A DNA stretch of 32,000 bases, taken from contig JAITRB010000008.1 in NCBI GenBank assembly GCA_031288595.1, positions 1 through 32,000 on the forward strand, in the 5' to 3' direction. The stretch is from Puniceicoccales bacterium. Its GTDB lineage: Bacteria; Verrucomicrobiota; Verrucomicrobiia; Opitutales; JAIRLG01. Positions 1 to 8,131 of the stretch are shown here, one piece after another (within the stretch, counting starts at the first letter, position 1; the number at the start of each line of letters is the position of its first letter). Position numbers and translations under genes: made by a program. The notes under the pieces were generated by a model. It did no database searches and was not told the origin of the DNA. It saw nothing but the letters and a program-made list of their open reading frames with translations.

Positions 1-26
1 CAAAACATCCAGAGATGGCTCTCTGG
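1..26 (-). terminator. Possible intrinsic terminator downstream of the glycosidase gene
   Basis: On the minus strand, about 44 nt after the stop at 70-72, lies ccagaga-gcca-tctctgg (7-bp stem, positions 26 to 9) followed by atgttttg. A second hairpin, cctcgg(35-40)/ccgagg(55-60), lies between it and the stop. The window edge truncates the context. Confidence 0.3.
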
Positions 27-69
27 GATATTTCCCTCGGGAGTGACCCTTTCTCCGAGGAATGCTGGC

Positions 70-2514
70 CTAGCTTTTCCCGAATTCCCATAGTCCGACG
101 GACAGCGGCGGCAGGTGCAGGATGGACCCGGATATCAGGTAGAAGGAGTGCGATAGACCCGCCGGATCGAGGCGCTCGGTGTCGGCGATGGGGCGGAAGG
201 GGAGGGAGCCCAGTTCCCCCAGGTCGAAACGGCTCTCCTCCGGGTGAGGATTGATGGCGAAGAGGAGTTTTTCTGGGCCCAGCTCTCCGGAAGCGTTGAA
301 GAGCAGGGCGGAGGCGGAATTATTTCCCAGCGCTGGATAGGAGCGGATGTAATGGCGGGAGGGACGCCGGGGAAGGCGCCAGAGCCGGCCGATGGGGGAC
401 TGCCGGTAGCGCGACCACTGGCAAAAATATTCCCTCGTGCCGGAAAAGAGTCGGGCGCGCTGGTAGTCCAGGGCATTGAGTTCGGGATTCTGGTAGGTGT
501 TGCGGACCCCGCTCTTGGAGTGGAGAAAATCCTGTCCCGCGGCGAACATCGGGATGCCGATGCTGGCGAAGAGCAGGGCGATGGCGAGATGCGTGCGGCG
601 GCGGTCATTCGGGGTCGGAATGCGGCCGTCGTGGTCGGCATTCTCCGTGATGCGATCGATCCAGCTGTGATCATCGTGGGAGGCGATGTAGTTGACGCTC
701 TGGGCGGGAAATCGGGAGCGGTACTTCAGCGAGCCTCCCATGAAGTACTCCAGTCCCTCGCGATTGCCATTTCCCCAAACGTAGTTGGCGATGAAGTCCC
801 TGTACTCATCGTTCCAGGACGCGAAGCCGGTCGTGCGCATCGCATGTCCGATGTGCCCCCGAAAGCTCCAGGGCTCGGCGATGAGGATGATGGAGGGCCG
901 GATGGCCTTGAGCCGCTCCTCAATCGCCCGGAGGCAGTCCGTCCCCAGCAGCTCCGCCAGGTCGAAGCGGAAGCCGTCCACCCCATAGGCCCTGACCCAG
1001 TGCTCCAAGCTGTCGAGAATCGCCCGCTGGGCCATGGGGGATTCGCTGCGAAAATCGTTTCCGCAGCCGCTGAAATTCAGGAGACTGCCGTCGGCAGCAC
1101 GGCGAAAGTAGTAGTCCTCATCGATGGGTCCATAGGGATTCGGTGAGCCGAGATGATTGTAGACGATATCCAGGATAACGGCCATGCCCAACGAGTGGAA
1201 CTTCTCCACGAGTTTTTGAAACTCGTCCACCTGAGTGCCCTCCTCGGGACAGGAGGCGTAGGCGCTGCAGGGGGAGAAGAAGTTCCGTGGCATGTAGCCC
1301 CAGGCGTAATCCTGGGCTTCGCGGTACTCGTATTCCGCCACCGGCTGCAGCTCCACTGCATTGACGCCCAGTTCTCGCAGATAACTGTGGGGATCGTCGA
1401 GCCATTCGCAAAATCCGGCGAAGGAGCGGCGCCTTTCTGCCGGAAAATTCTCGGCATGGGCGAGAAGGTCGCGCAGATGGATCTCCACGATTTGCAGGTC
1501 TTCCCAGGGCGATGGGCGGAAGTGAGCGGATTGGGAGAGCTGGAATTTCTGCGGCGGAAGGATGATACCGGGGCCCTGCGGCCCGCCCAATGCCCGGGCA
1601 TAGGGATCCGTTATCACCCTCTCTTCCCAAGCCTCACGGCCGTCGGCGGTGATCCGGCGCTGGCCGATGTGGTATTCGTAAAAAAATCCCTCCAGCGGGA
1701 GCGTCAGGGCGCCGAACCAAACCCCCGCCTCGTCCTGTTTCATCGGGCATGTGAGCCGGAGCTCAGAATGGGGATCTCGTAGCTGGAGCTCCACCTTCTG
1801 TAGCCGCGGGCCGAAGAGCCGGAACTGCGCCTCTTCCCCATCGAAGGAAAGGCCCATCGCCTGTTCGGACTGCATCCGGAGCAGGACCCGAGAGGAGTCG
1901 ATGGGCAGCGAGCCCCTTTTGTGCCTCCAGCGGAGATTCATCGGCCGCTGCAGCGGGAAGGGTTCATCGATGTGGAAACGGAAGAGCTGGTAGCCCGTGC
2001 GCTGCGGATGGTAGATGAAGTTGGCGATGCCGGCTGCTTCGGCGGATTGCAGGCAATTTTCCGGCAGTCGCGACCAATGGCCCTGGGGAGAGACGTATTT
2101 GAAGGACTGGCCATCCTGGAACTGATTGGGACTGAACTTCAAGACCCAGCAGAGCTCGCCGCAGACGATTTCCGGATGCAGTTGCCAGCGACAGCCCTCG
2201 ATTTCCGGTTTCCAGTTGTTGAAGTCTCCAGCCAGAAAGAAGCAGGAGGCCCCAGCCTCTTCCTGGGGAATCCATTCGGGTAGGAGGACGAAGGAGAGCA
2301 AGTGCCGATGGCGGTAGTAACCGGCACGCTTGGCCCATTCGAAGGGCGAGGGCCTTTCCAGATGAAAGGATACTTCTTCCTCTCCGAGGAAGAGTTCGAA
2401 GGGCGGTAAGCCGCTCTCCTGTACCTTCCAATCCTTCCGGAGAAGGATAAGTCCCTGCTGCCGTGTCTCCCAGAAAACAGACTGTATCTCCTCGCCGAGG
2501 CGGCTCTCATCCAT
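70..2514 (-). CDS. GH13 alpha-amylase-family glycosidase, pullulanase / glycogen-debranching type
   Basis: 814-aa ORF carrying the four GH13 conserved regions: VILDIVYNHL (I), GVDGFRFDLA (II), IAEPW (III) and NYIASHDD (IV). It also has a WGY motif (DYAWGYMPRNFFSP) typical of pullulanase/debranching enzymes, and an N-terminal extension of about 330 aa consistent with CBM/N-domains. Confidence 0.85.
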   Translation of the reverse strand: MDESRLGEEIQSVFWETRQQGLILLRKDWKVQESGLPPFELFLGEEEVSFHLERPSPFEWAKRAGYYRHRHLLSFVLLPEWIPQEEAGASCFFLAGDFNNWKPEIEGCRWQLHPEIVCGELCWVLKFSPNQFQDGQSFKYVSPQGHWSRLPENCLQSAEAAGIANFIYHPQRTGYQLFRFHIDEPFPLQRPMNLRWRHKRGSLPIDSSRVLLRMQSEQAMGLSFDGEEAQFRLFGPRLQKVELQLRDPHSELRLTCPMKQDEAGVWFGALTLPLEGFFYEYHIGQRRITADGREAWEERVITDPYARALGGPQGPGIILPPQKFQLSQSAHFRPSPWEDLQIVEIHLRDLLAHAENFPAERRRSFAGFCEWLDDPHSYLRELGVNAVELQPVAEYEYREAQDYAWGYMPRNFFSPCSAYASCPEEGTQVDEFQKLVEKFHSLGMAVILDIVYNHLGSPNPYGPIDEDYYFRRAADGSLLNFSGCGNDFRSESPMAQRAILDSLEHWVRAYGVDGFRFDLAELLGTDCLRAIEERLKAIRPSIILIAEPWSFRGHIGHAMRTTGFASWNDEYRDFIANYVWGNGNREGLEYFMGGSLKYRSRFPAQSVNYIASHDDHSWIDRITENADHDGRIPTPNDRRRTHLAIALLFASIGIPMFAAGQDFLHSKSGVRNTYQNPELNALDYQRARLFSGTREYFCQWSRYRQSPIGRLWRLPRRPSRHYIRSYPALGNNSASALLFNASGELGPEKLLFAINPHPEESRFDLGELGSLPFRPIADTERLDPAGLSHSFYLISGSILHLPPLSVGLWEFGKS

Positions 2515-2662
2515 GGGACTTCAGTCTGTAAAATTTTGTCCCAGCGTCGATGGCAAAGCAGATCTTCCGTCATCTGGAAGAGATGGTTTCCTGGAAAGAG
2601 ATTTCCCGCTGGGTAGTCCTCTTCAGTGGCAGCACCGGAGGGGACCGGCGTGTTCTGTGTTT

Positions 2663-2766
2663 TCGCCGCCTTTGGAGCCCAGAAGGGGCTCCGGCCCGCT
2701 GCGCGGGCCGCGAGAGAGGAAAATGAAAAAAGGTTTTTTCATTTTCCTCCCTCGCAAAGGCGGCGA
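2663..2766 (+). repeat. Cloverleaf-like structured intergenic repeat, copy 1 (+ strand reads arm-A-B-C-arm)
   Basis: Closing stem tcgccgcctttg (2663-2674) / caaaggcggcga (2755-2766). Hairpin A gagccc(2675-2680)/gggctc(2686-2691). Hairpin B ggcccgc-tgc-gcgggcc (2693-2709). Hairpin C 2712-2753 (gagagaggaaaatgaaaaaa / ttttttcattttcctccctc, one A.C mismatch). It lies between the dnaX stop and the glycosidase start. Strand convention for this family: + means the + strand reads A-B-C. Confidence 0.85.
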
Positions 2767-2775
2767 AGCGGAAGC

Positions 2776-4146
2776 CTAGGTATCGAACTTCAGCCGAAAG
2801 CGCTCGACGAGCTTCTGGCGCGTGGGGAGCGGGAGCTTGGCCAGCAGCTCAGAATCTAAGACCGGAGGGGAAATCCCCATTTCCGAATTCATTTTTCCCG
2901 ATGGAAGGGGAATCTTTTCCATTTCTCGGGAGGGTCGTTCCGGCAATGGGTCTCTCTCGGCGGAACTAGCGGGATGCATTTCCGGGAATGAAGAGATGGC
3001 CTCTTCTACCGGATGAGACGCTGGGGAGACATTTTCTTGCGAGCCGGCTCCGGAGAATACCCGCAAGCGGCGAAGCAAGTCATCCAGTCCTCTCATCTGG
3101 CAGGCTTCGATGGCCCGGAATAGGGCCATTTCGAAATTCACCTTTTCTGAAAGTCCAGAGCGTAGCTCTTCGCAGGACGAGGAAAGGCATTCCAAGACCT
3201 TGGCCAAGAGAGGGATGGATGGTTTTGGGAGAGAGCTTTGGGCCGAAGTGCTCTCCAGGAGCTGGGACTGCACCTGCTCACGCAGATCCAGGAGCAGCTT
3301 GGGAAAATCACAACCCCGAGCCTCCATCAAATCCGTCCAGTGCAGGATTTTTCGGTAATCCTCAGAGTAGATGCCCTGCAGAATTTCCTCCAATTCCTCC
3401 GTCGTGGCCAGGCCGTAGATCTCCAGCACATCTTTCCTGGAAATCGTCCCATCGCCGAAGCTCATCATCTGCTCCAGATAGGTCTGGGCATCCCTCAGGC
3501 TGCCGGCGGCGAGACGCGTCAGGGCCTCCAGGGCCGATGTTTCGACCGTTACATTTTCCTCCTCGGCAATCCGTTGCAATTTTTGGGCGATGAGGGTCGA
3601 TGGGAGCAGGTGGAACTCGAAGCGCTGGCAGCGCGAGGCGATGGTCACCGGAATTTTCGCCGCTTCCGTTGTCGCGAAGATGAACTTCACATGGGCCGGA
3701 GGCTCCTCCAGGGTTTTGAGCAGCGCGTTGAAGGCGGAGAGTGAAAGCATGTGAATCTCGTCCAGAATGTAGATTTTGTAACGACATTCGCCTGGTGTGT
3801 AGCGGCACTCCTCCCGCAGGGCGCGAATCTGCTCGACGGAATTGTTCGATGCCCCGTCGATTTCGATGACGTCGAGACAGTTACCCTCCAGAATGGCCCG
3901 TGTCAGGGGATCTTGCGGATCGGCCTGCAGCGAGGGCTCCGGCCGGGCATTGAGGGCCGCTGCCAGGAGGCGGGCCGTAGAGGTCTTGCCCGTCCCGCGT
4001 GGCCCGATAAAGAGAAAAGCATGGGCGATGCGCCGGCGCTCGATGGCCTGTGCCAGGGTTTTCACGATGTGCTCCTGGCCGACCAGTTCGGAGAAGCGCC
4101 TGGGTCTCCAGCGACGCGCGATGACCTGGTATTCGGATTCGGGCAT
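2776..4146 (-). CDS. dnaX: DNA polymerase III subunit gamma/tau
   Basis: MPESEYQVIARRWRPRRFSELVGQEHI..., Walker A GPRGTGKTS, DEIHML, and the clamp-loader SRC motif (TIASRCQRFEF). The track ORF (2776..4764) extends 200 codons upstream into the ABC-F gene, which is implausible. The ATG at 4146 is preceded by GGAGGAG with a 6-nt spacer. The ATG at 4161 (MEESIM...) is an alternative. Confidence 0.88.
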   Translation of the reverse strand: MPESEYQVIARRWRPRRFSELVGQEHIVKTLAQAIERRRIAHAFLFIGPRGTGKTSTARLLAAALNARPEPSLQADPQDPLTRAILEGNCLDVIEIDGASNNSVEQIRALREECRYTPGECRYKIYILDEIHMLSLSAFNALLKTLEEPPAHVKFIFATTEAAKIPVTIASRCQRFEFHLLPSTLIAQKLQRIAEEENVTVETSALEALTRLAAGSLRDAQTYLEQMMSFGDGTISRKDVLEIYGLATTEELEEILQGIYSEDYRKILHWTDLMEARGCDFPKLLLDLREQVQSQLLESTSAQSSLPKPSIPLLAKVLECLSSSCEELRSGLSEKVNFEMALFRAIEACQMRGLDDLLRRLRVFSGAGSQENVSPASHPVEEAISSFPEMHPASSAERDPLPERPSREMEKIPLPSGKMNSEMGISPPVLDSELLAKLPLPTRQKLVERFRLKFDT

Positions 4147-4183
4147 GATGGACTCCTCCATGGAAATCCACGGTGCCTTCGCT

Positions 4184-5986
4184 TCAAGATTTTTCCGAAT
4201 CCTCGATGGCATCGGCCATTGCCATCCACTGTGCCTCGAGCTTTGCCAAAAGCTCCTCCTGCTTATCCCATTCGGCCTGGGCCTGTGCTTCCCAGTTTTC
4301 CGCCAGTTGTCCCGAGAGCTCCAATTGCTTGGCCCGAAGCGATTCCATCTGCCGCTCCAGGTCTCCCAGTTCCTCGGCCGTATGGTGGCGGGACGGGCTT
4401 GTCGGCTTCGGGGAAGCGGAGGGAGATTTTTTCTGGAACAGGCTTTGGCGGTAGTCCTCCAAGTCCCCATCGTAGCGCCGGCACTGCCCGTGCTCGATGA
4501 GCCAGAGCTGCTCGCAGACCGCCTCCAATGTGAAGAAATCGTGGGCGACAAGGACGACCGCGCCGCTGTAGTCCTGCAAGGCCCGTATAAGCGCCTCCTT
4601 GGAATCGATGTCCAGGTGGTTCGTCGGCTCGTCCAGGAGTAGCAGATGCGGGGCATCCCGGGTGATGAGGGCCAGGAGCAGTCGCGTCTTCTCGCCACCC
4701 GAGAGCAATTCGATGCGGGTTTCCGCTCGCTCCTGAGTGAGGCCGAAGCGGGCGAGCTGGGCACGAATCTGCGCTTCGGAACAAGCGCTCAACACGGTGC
4801 CCATGGCTTCGACGGGAGTCTGTCGTAAAGGGAGGATTTCCGCGAGCTGCTGGGAGAAATAGGCCACCTTCAGTCCCTTCGCTCGTTCCCAGTGCCCCTC
4901 CTGCGGCTCCAGCTTGCCGGCCAGCAGTCGGGTCAAGGTGGACTTGCCCTGGCCATTCGCACCCAGCACGCCGATGCGGTCGCCCTGGTCGATGCGCAGC
5001 TCGAGATTTTCCAGGACAATCTCCGAGCCGTAGCCGACGCTGCCGCCCCGAAGTTTGAGCAGGACGCGGTCGATGGCGTTGGGCGAGGGGAAGGAAAATA
5101 CCGTCGCCACATCGGCTGCCGGTGGCGGGATGGCTTCCAGCCGCGCGAGCATTTTCAAGCGGCTCTGGGCCTGTTTGGCTTTAGAAGCCTTGTAGCGGAA
5201 GCGGTCGACGAAGGACTGGAGATGCTCGCGGCGCTTCTCCTGCTTCTCCCGCACCTTGCCCTGGGCAGCTCCCTGTGTTCGGCGAGTGAGCTCGAAGGTG
5301 TCGTAATTCCCGCTGTAAAATTTCATCTCTCCGCGATGGATGTGGAGGATGTGCGTGCAGAGGCGGTTGAGGAAATGGCGGTCATGACTGATGAGCAGGA
5401 GCGTCTGGCTCGCCTTGGCGAGATGATGCTCCAGCCATAGGGTAGTCTCGAGGTCCAGGTGATTGGTCGGCTCATCCAATAAGAGGAGTTCCGAGGGAGC
5501 GAAGAGGGTCGCGGCCAGGGCGACCCGCATCTGCCAACCACCGGAGAAGTTGGATAGGGGCTTGATGATCTCCTCCTGCGAGAAGCCGAGGCCATGCAGG
5601 ATTTCGGAGGCCCGGCTCTCGGCCCGATAACCGTCGATCATCTGGAGGCGGTCGCAGATTTCGGCAATTTTATCCGCATCTTCCTCCTCGTCCAGCGCCT
5701 TGGAAAGGGCTTTCCACTCCCCATCGGCCGAGAGGACGAAGTCGAGCAAGGCCTGGCTCTGGTCGCCGATTTCCTGCTCCACGCTCTGGACGCGCAGCTG
5801 CTTGGGACGGTCGATCCGGCCGGCGTCGAGCGGTAGCTCCCCCTTCAGCAGGCGAAAAAAAGTCGTCTTGCCGCAGCCGTTGTGGCCCACAACCCCAACT
5901 CTGGCCCCCTGTGGGATCGTGAACGTGGCATTCTCCCAGAGCGTCCGCTTCCCGATGGAATAGGCGATTTCCCGACAATTGATCAT
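4184..5986 (-). CDS. ABC-F family ATPase (two ABC domains, no TM domain, C-terminal coiled-coil tail; Uup/YheS-like)
   Basis: 600 aa. Two Walker A motifs (GHNGCGKTT, GANGQGKST), two signature motifs (LSGGWQMRVALA, LSGGEKTRLLLA) and two Walker B motifs (LLLLDEPTNHLD twice). The C-terminus is a charged helical region (ELGDLERQMESLRAKQLELSGQL...). GAGGG lies 5 nt upstream of the ATG. Confidence 0.9.
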   Translation of the reverse strand: MINCREIAYSIGKRTLWENATFTIPQGARVGVVGHNGCGKTTFFRLLKGELPLDAGRIDRPKQLRVQSVEQEIGDQSQALLDFVLSADGEWKALSKALDEEEDADKIAEICDRLQMIDGYRAESRASEILHGLGFSQEEIIKPLSNFSGGWQMRVALAATLFAPSELLLLDEPTNHLDLETTLWLEHHLAKASQTLLLISHDRHFLNRLCTHILHIHRGEMKFYSGNYDTFELTRRTQGAAQGKVREKQEKRREHLQSFVDRFRYKASKAKQAQSRLKMLARLEAIPPPAADVATVFSFPSPNAIDRVLLKLRGGSVGYGSEIVLENLELRIDQGDRIGVLGANGQGKSTLTRLLAGKLEPQEGHWERAKGLKVAYFSQQLAEILPLRQTPVEAMGTVLSACSEAQIRAQLARFGLTQERAETRIELLSGGEKTRLLLALITRDAPHLLLLDEPTNHLDIDSKEALIRALQDYSGAVVLVAHDFFTLEAVCEQLWLIEHGQCRRYDGDLEDYRQSLFQKKSPSASPKPTSPSRHHTAEELGDLERQMESLRAKQLELSGQLAENWEAQAQAEWDKQEELLAKLEAQWMAMADAIEDSEKS

Positions 5987-6104
5987 GGCGTCCCTCGACG
6001 ACAGCTCGAGAGCGTGAAATTAGGTCGCCAAGGCAAGAAAAATTTAAGAGGAGCTGCTTCATTCCTCAGGAAGCTGAGGAGCTGCTTCGTCATGAGCAGC
6101 TCCT
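5983..6104 (-). promoter_or_regulatory. Structured 5' leader of the ABC-F gene with a 36-codon uORF and SD/anti-SD repeats
   Basis: Minus-strand RNA reads AGGAGCUGCU (6104-6095), loop CAUGACGA (6094-6087), AGCAGCUCCU (6086-6077), a 10-bp stem. A second identical AGCAGCUCCU copy sits at 6058-6049. The palindrome cctcag-cttc-ctgagg (6079-6064) overlaps the first stem. A uORF starts at the ATG at 6093 (in the loop, AGGAG 6 nt upstream) and ends with a TGA at 5985-5983. That TGA overlaps the ABC-F ATG (ATGA). Confidence 0.3.
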
Positions 6105-6188
6105 GCTTTGGGTGGACTTAGTTCTTCTCATGAAAGTGCTGGTAGGCCCTCAAGAGCCGTTTCTGATCTTGGTATACTCTATAATAAT

Positions 6189-6216
6189 ATAATATATATT
6201 ATATACGGATCTTCAA
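6189..6216 (-). promoter_or_regulatory. Candidate sigma70-type promoter for the ABC-F leader
   Basis: On the minus strand: TTGAAG (6216-6211), a 16-nt spacer, then TATTAT (6194-6189). The -10 sits inside a 26-nt A/T-only tract (6180-6205) that holds several other TATAAT-like hexamers, so the exact -10 is ambiguous. Confidence 0.3.
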
Positions 6217-6323
6217 TTCTAAGTGTTTACGCCTGAAGTTTTTGCTGACGTGGGCAAAATTATCCATCGAGCTGCTGTGTATCGGCTGTATTTTGAACCT
6301 GGGCAATGCATCTCCCTGATTCA

Positions 6324-6864
6324 GATTGTGCTTAAAATGCTCACAGAAACACGCGTTTTAAAACTTTCATGCACAGGGGCTCGCCGCTCAAGTTGAGCTG
6401 CTAGGGATTCTTGGCGAGTAAGGAAGTTCCTTATTTCTTCACTGGCTCCGCCTTCCCCAAAGTCGCTTTCGAGAAAGGTTAACCAATCTATTTGAGGATT
6501 ATAGGCAAGAACGCTGGCTTTGGGGAAATATTCCGCCTTTTGAGAGCCCTGAATTTGCCCATCGAAGAACCTACGAAGAGTAGCCGTTCTTCATTTTAAT
6601 TGAGCGTCTCTTGCGCGAGCAAGTTCTAGGAGAAAAGGATAAAAAACACAAGACCAGTGGTGACCAGTGCCTGCACAGCGATAAAAGCTCTATATGAATT
6701 GTATCCATACCCTACATCCTTTCTTTAAGACCCTATTATTAACTTTCCCAAAGTCCAAAAAATGATCGCGCAGGAAACCCGCGAGATCATCAATGTTCTC
6801 AGAATTTCAGCTCATTTACATATCTCTTTTCCCTATCAGTCTTTCCAATTTTCATCAAAGTCAT
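6324..6864 (-). pseudogene. Apparent decayed gene of unknown family (frameshift plus two in-frame stops)
   Basis: One minus-strand frame is open from 6806 to 6324 (161 codons) except for an in-frame TAG (6692-6690) and TGA (6593-6591). The longest stop-free piece (6590-6324, 89 codons: RTATLRRFFDGQIQGSQKAEYFPKASVLAYNPQIDWLTFLESDFGEGGASEEIRNFLTRQESLAAQLERRAPVHESFKTRVSVSILSTI) has no ATG/TTG start and only a late GTG. A 21-codon ATG ORF (6864-6799, MTLMKIGKTDREKRYVNELKF) abuts it in a shifted frame. A tandem duplication gaccagtgGT/gaccagtgCC lies at 6652-6671. I recognise no family. Confidence 0.35.
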
Positions 6865-6954
6865 TTCGCTAAGATTAGGTATGCCTATCTTCTGAGACAA
6901 ATCGGTTGCGGCGGCAAGAGCTGCTGCTAACAGACTATCTAGTCAACTTAATTT

Positions 6955-7713
6955 TTAAACTTCTCCCTTTGCGAAGTCCTCTGCAAGGTAACGCCGGGCC
7001 CGTTCCAAGTCCTCCAGTGTGTCGATGCCCCTAGTGGGCTGAGTGGCCTCGAGGACATGGATACGATGGCCAGCCTCCAGGAACTGGAGCTGCTCCAGCT
7101 TCTCGGCCTCGGCGAGAACACCTCGGGGAAGATCGGGGAGCTTCCGCAGGAAGTTCTTGGTATAGCCGTAGAGACCGATGTGGGCCCAGAAAGTGTGCTG
7201 TGTTAGCCAGCACTTTTTCTCGACTCCGCGGAGGAAGGGAATCGGGCTGCGGGAGAAGTAGAGGGCCTGACGCTCCTGTCCCAGAACCACCTTGACGCGA
7301 TTGGGATTCTCCAGATCCGCCTCGGTGGAAATCCGATAGGCGGCCGTGAGGATGTCTCCACCGAAATCCTGGGCATGAGTTCTCATATCCGCCAGCAGTT
7401 TCGCGTCTATGAAGGGCTCGTCTCCCTGGACATTGAGGATGAAGTCGCCCCGAAAGCGCTCGGCGACAGAAGCGATGCGCGCCGTTCCGGAACAGCATCG
7501 GACATCGGTCATCCAGACCGTCGCGCCGAACTTTTTCGCCGTGTCCAGAATTTCCTCATGGTCGGCCAAGATGACGACTTCCTCAACACCCGGGAGGGCA
7601 GACGCGCGCTTCCAGGTGTGCTGGAGTAGCGGATGACCAGCCAAATCCAGCAGAAGCTTGCGCGGTAGTCGCGTGGAGGCGAAATGGGCCGGAATGGCGA
7701 TGGAGATTTTCAT
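6955..7713 (-). CDS. kdsB: 3-deoxy-manno-octulosonate cytidylyltransferase (CMP-KDO synthetase)
   Basis: 252 aa. MKISIAIPAHFASTRLPRKLLLDLAGHPLLQHTW... matches the KdsB N-terminal nucleotide-binding motif (IPAR..STRLP.K.L..i.G.P). NVQGDEPFI and the length are typical. Confidence 0.9.
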   Translation of the reverse strand: MKISIAIPAHFASTRLPRKLLLDLAGHPLLQHTWKRASALPGVEEVVILADHEEILDTAKKFGATVWMTDVRCCSGTARIASVAERFRGDFILNVQGDEPFIDAKLLADMRTHAQDFGGDILTAAYRISTEADLENPNRVKVVLGQERQALYFSRSPIPFLRGVEKKCWLTQHTFWAHIGLYGYTKNFLRKLPDLPRGVLAEAEKLEQLQFLEAGHRIHVLEATQPTRGIDTLEDLERARRYLAEDFAKGEV

Positions 7714-7918
7714 GCGCTGCCGCTGCGCCTAGGGCGATTCTCCCCAAGGGACCCCAGACCACTCGGCCAGAGACCTTATGTAAAGTCCGGGAGCCATTTG
7801 GAGCTAGAAAACAAGCCTATGCCTCGATGATTCTCCAGAAGACGGCGGCGCCCAGCTTCCTGCCCTCCTGCAGCATCGTCTAGAGCCGAGAATCGGTGGA
7901 AATGGGCCTAGAGGATCC

Positions 7919-8020
7919 CTAATTCCCCCACTCGCGCTTCTTGTGGCGATTCGCGCGCAGGCGCTTGCTGCGCTTGTGCTTGTTCATCTTCAGGCGGCGC
8001 TTCTTCTTGAGATTCCCCAT
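7919..8020 (-). CDS. bS22-type (AURKAIP1/COX24-like) small basic ribosomal protein, 33 aa
   Basis: Not in the ORF track because it is under 60 aa. Hand translation gives [33 protein letters not shown]. It has the same 33-aa length, MG start and K/R pattern as mycobacterial bS22 ([33 protein letters not shown], recalled from memory). No obvious SD. Confidence 0.65.
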   Translation of the reverse strand: MGNLKKKRRLKMNKHKRSKRLRANRHKKREWGN

Positions 8021-8131
8021 GATTTCTGTGGCTCGGGTCACTGGAGCAGCATCGACCCGATGGGCGGGATTACAAGGGCTTCGGTGTTGGAAGTAAAGCT
8101 TTTTCCCATCGCTGAAAAAGATGCTCCGGCC

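Noticed and set aside
135-2573. Numerous 60-300 aa ORFs on both strands inside the glycosidase gene (e.g. 244..1146 +, 1153..1782 +, 1077..1601 -)
   Set aside because: All overlap the 814-aa GH13 gene, which carries all four family motifs. Their translations are compositionally biased, with no recognisable domains.
2776-4146. Search for the dnaX programmed -1 frameshift site (A AAA AAG)
   Set aside because: No A-AAA-AAG heptamer is found in frame. The only A-run (gggaaaaatg, near 2890) does not fit the slippery motif. No claim is made.
4147-4764. N-terminal 200-codon extension of the dnaX ORF (track start 4764)
   Set aside because: The extension overlaps the 3' end of the well-supported ABC-F gene in another frame and is R/S/P/W-rich nonsense. 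A canonical DnaX N-terminus with a strong SD begins at 4146.
7752-7768. Minus-strand ggccgagtggtctgggg resembling the D-arm of tRNA-Ser/Leu
   Set aside because: The flanking sequence cannot be folded into an acceptor stem, anticodon arm or GTTCRANYC T-loop. The resemblance is coincidental, in the kdsB upstream region.
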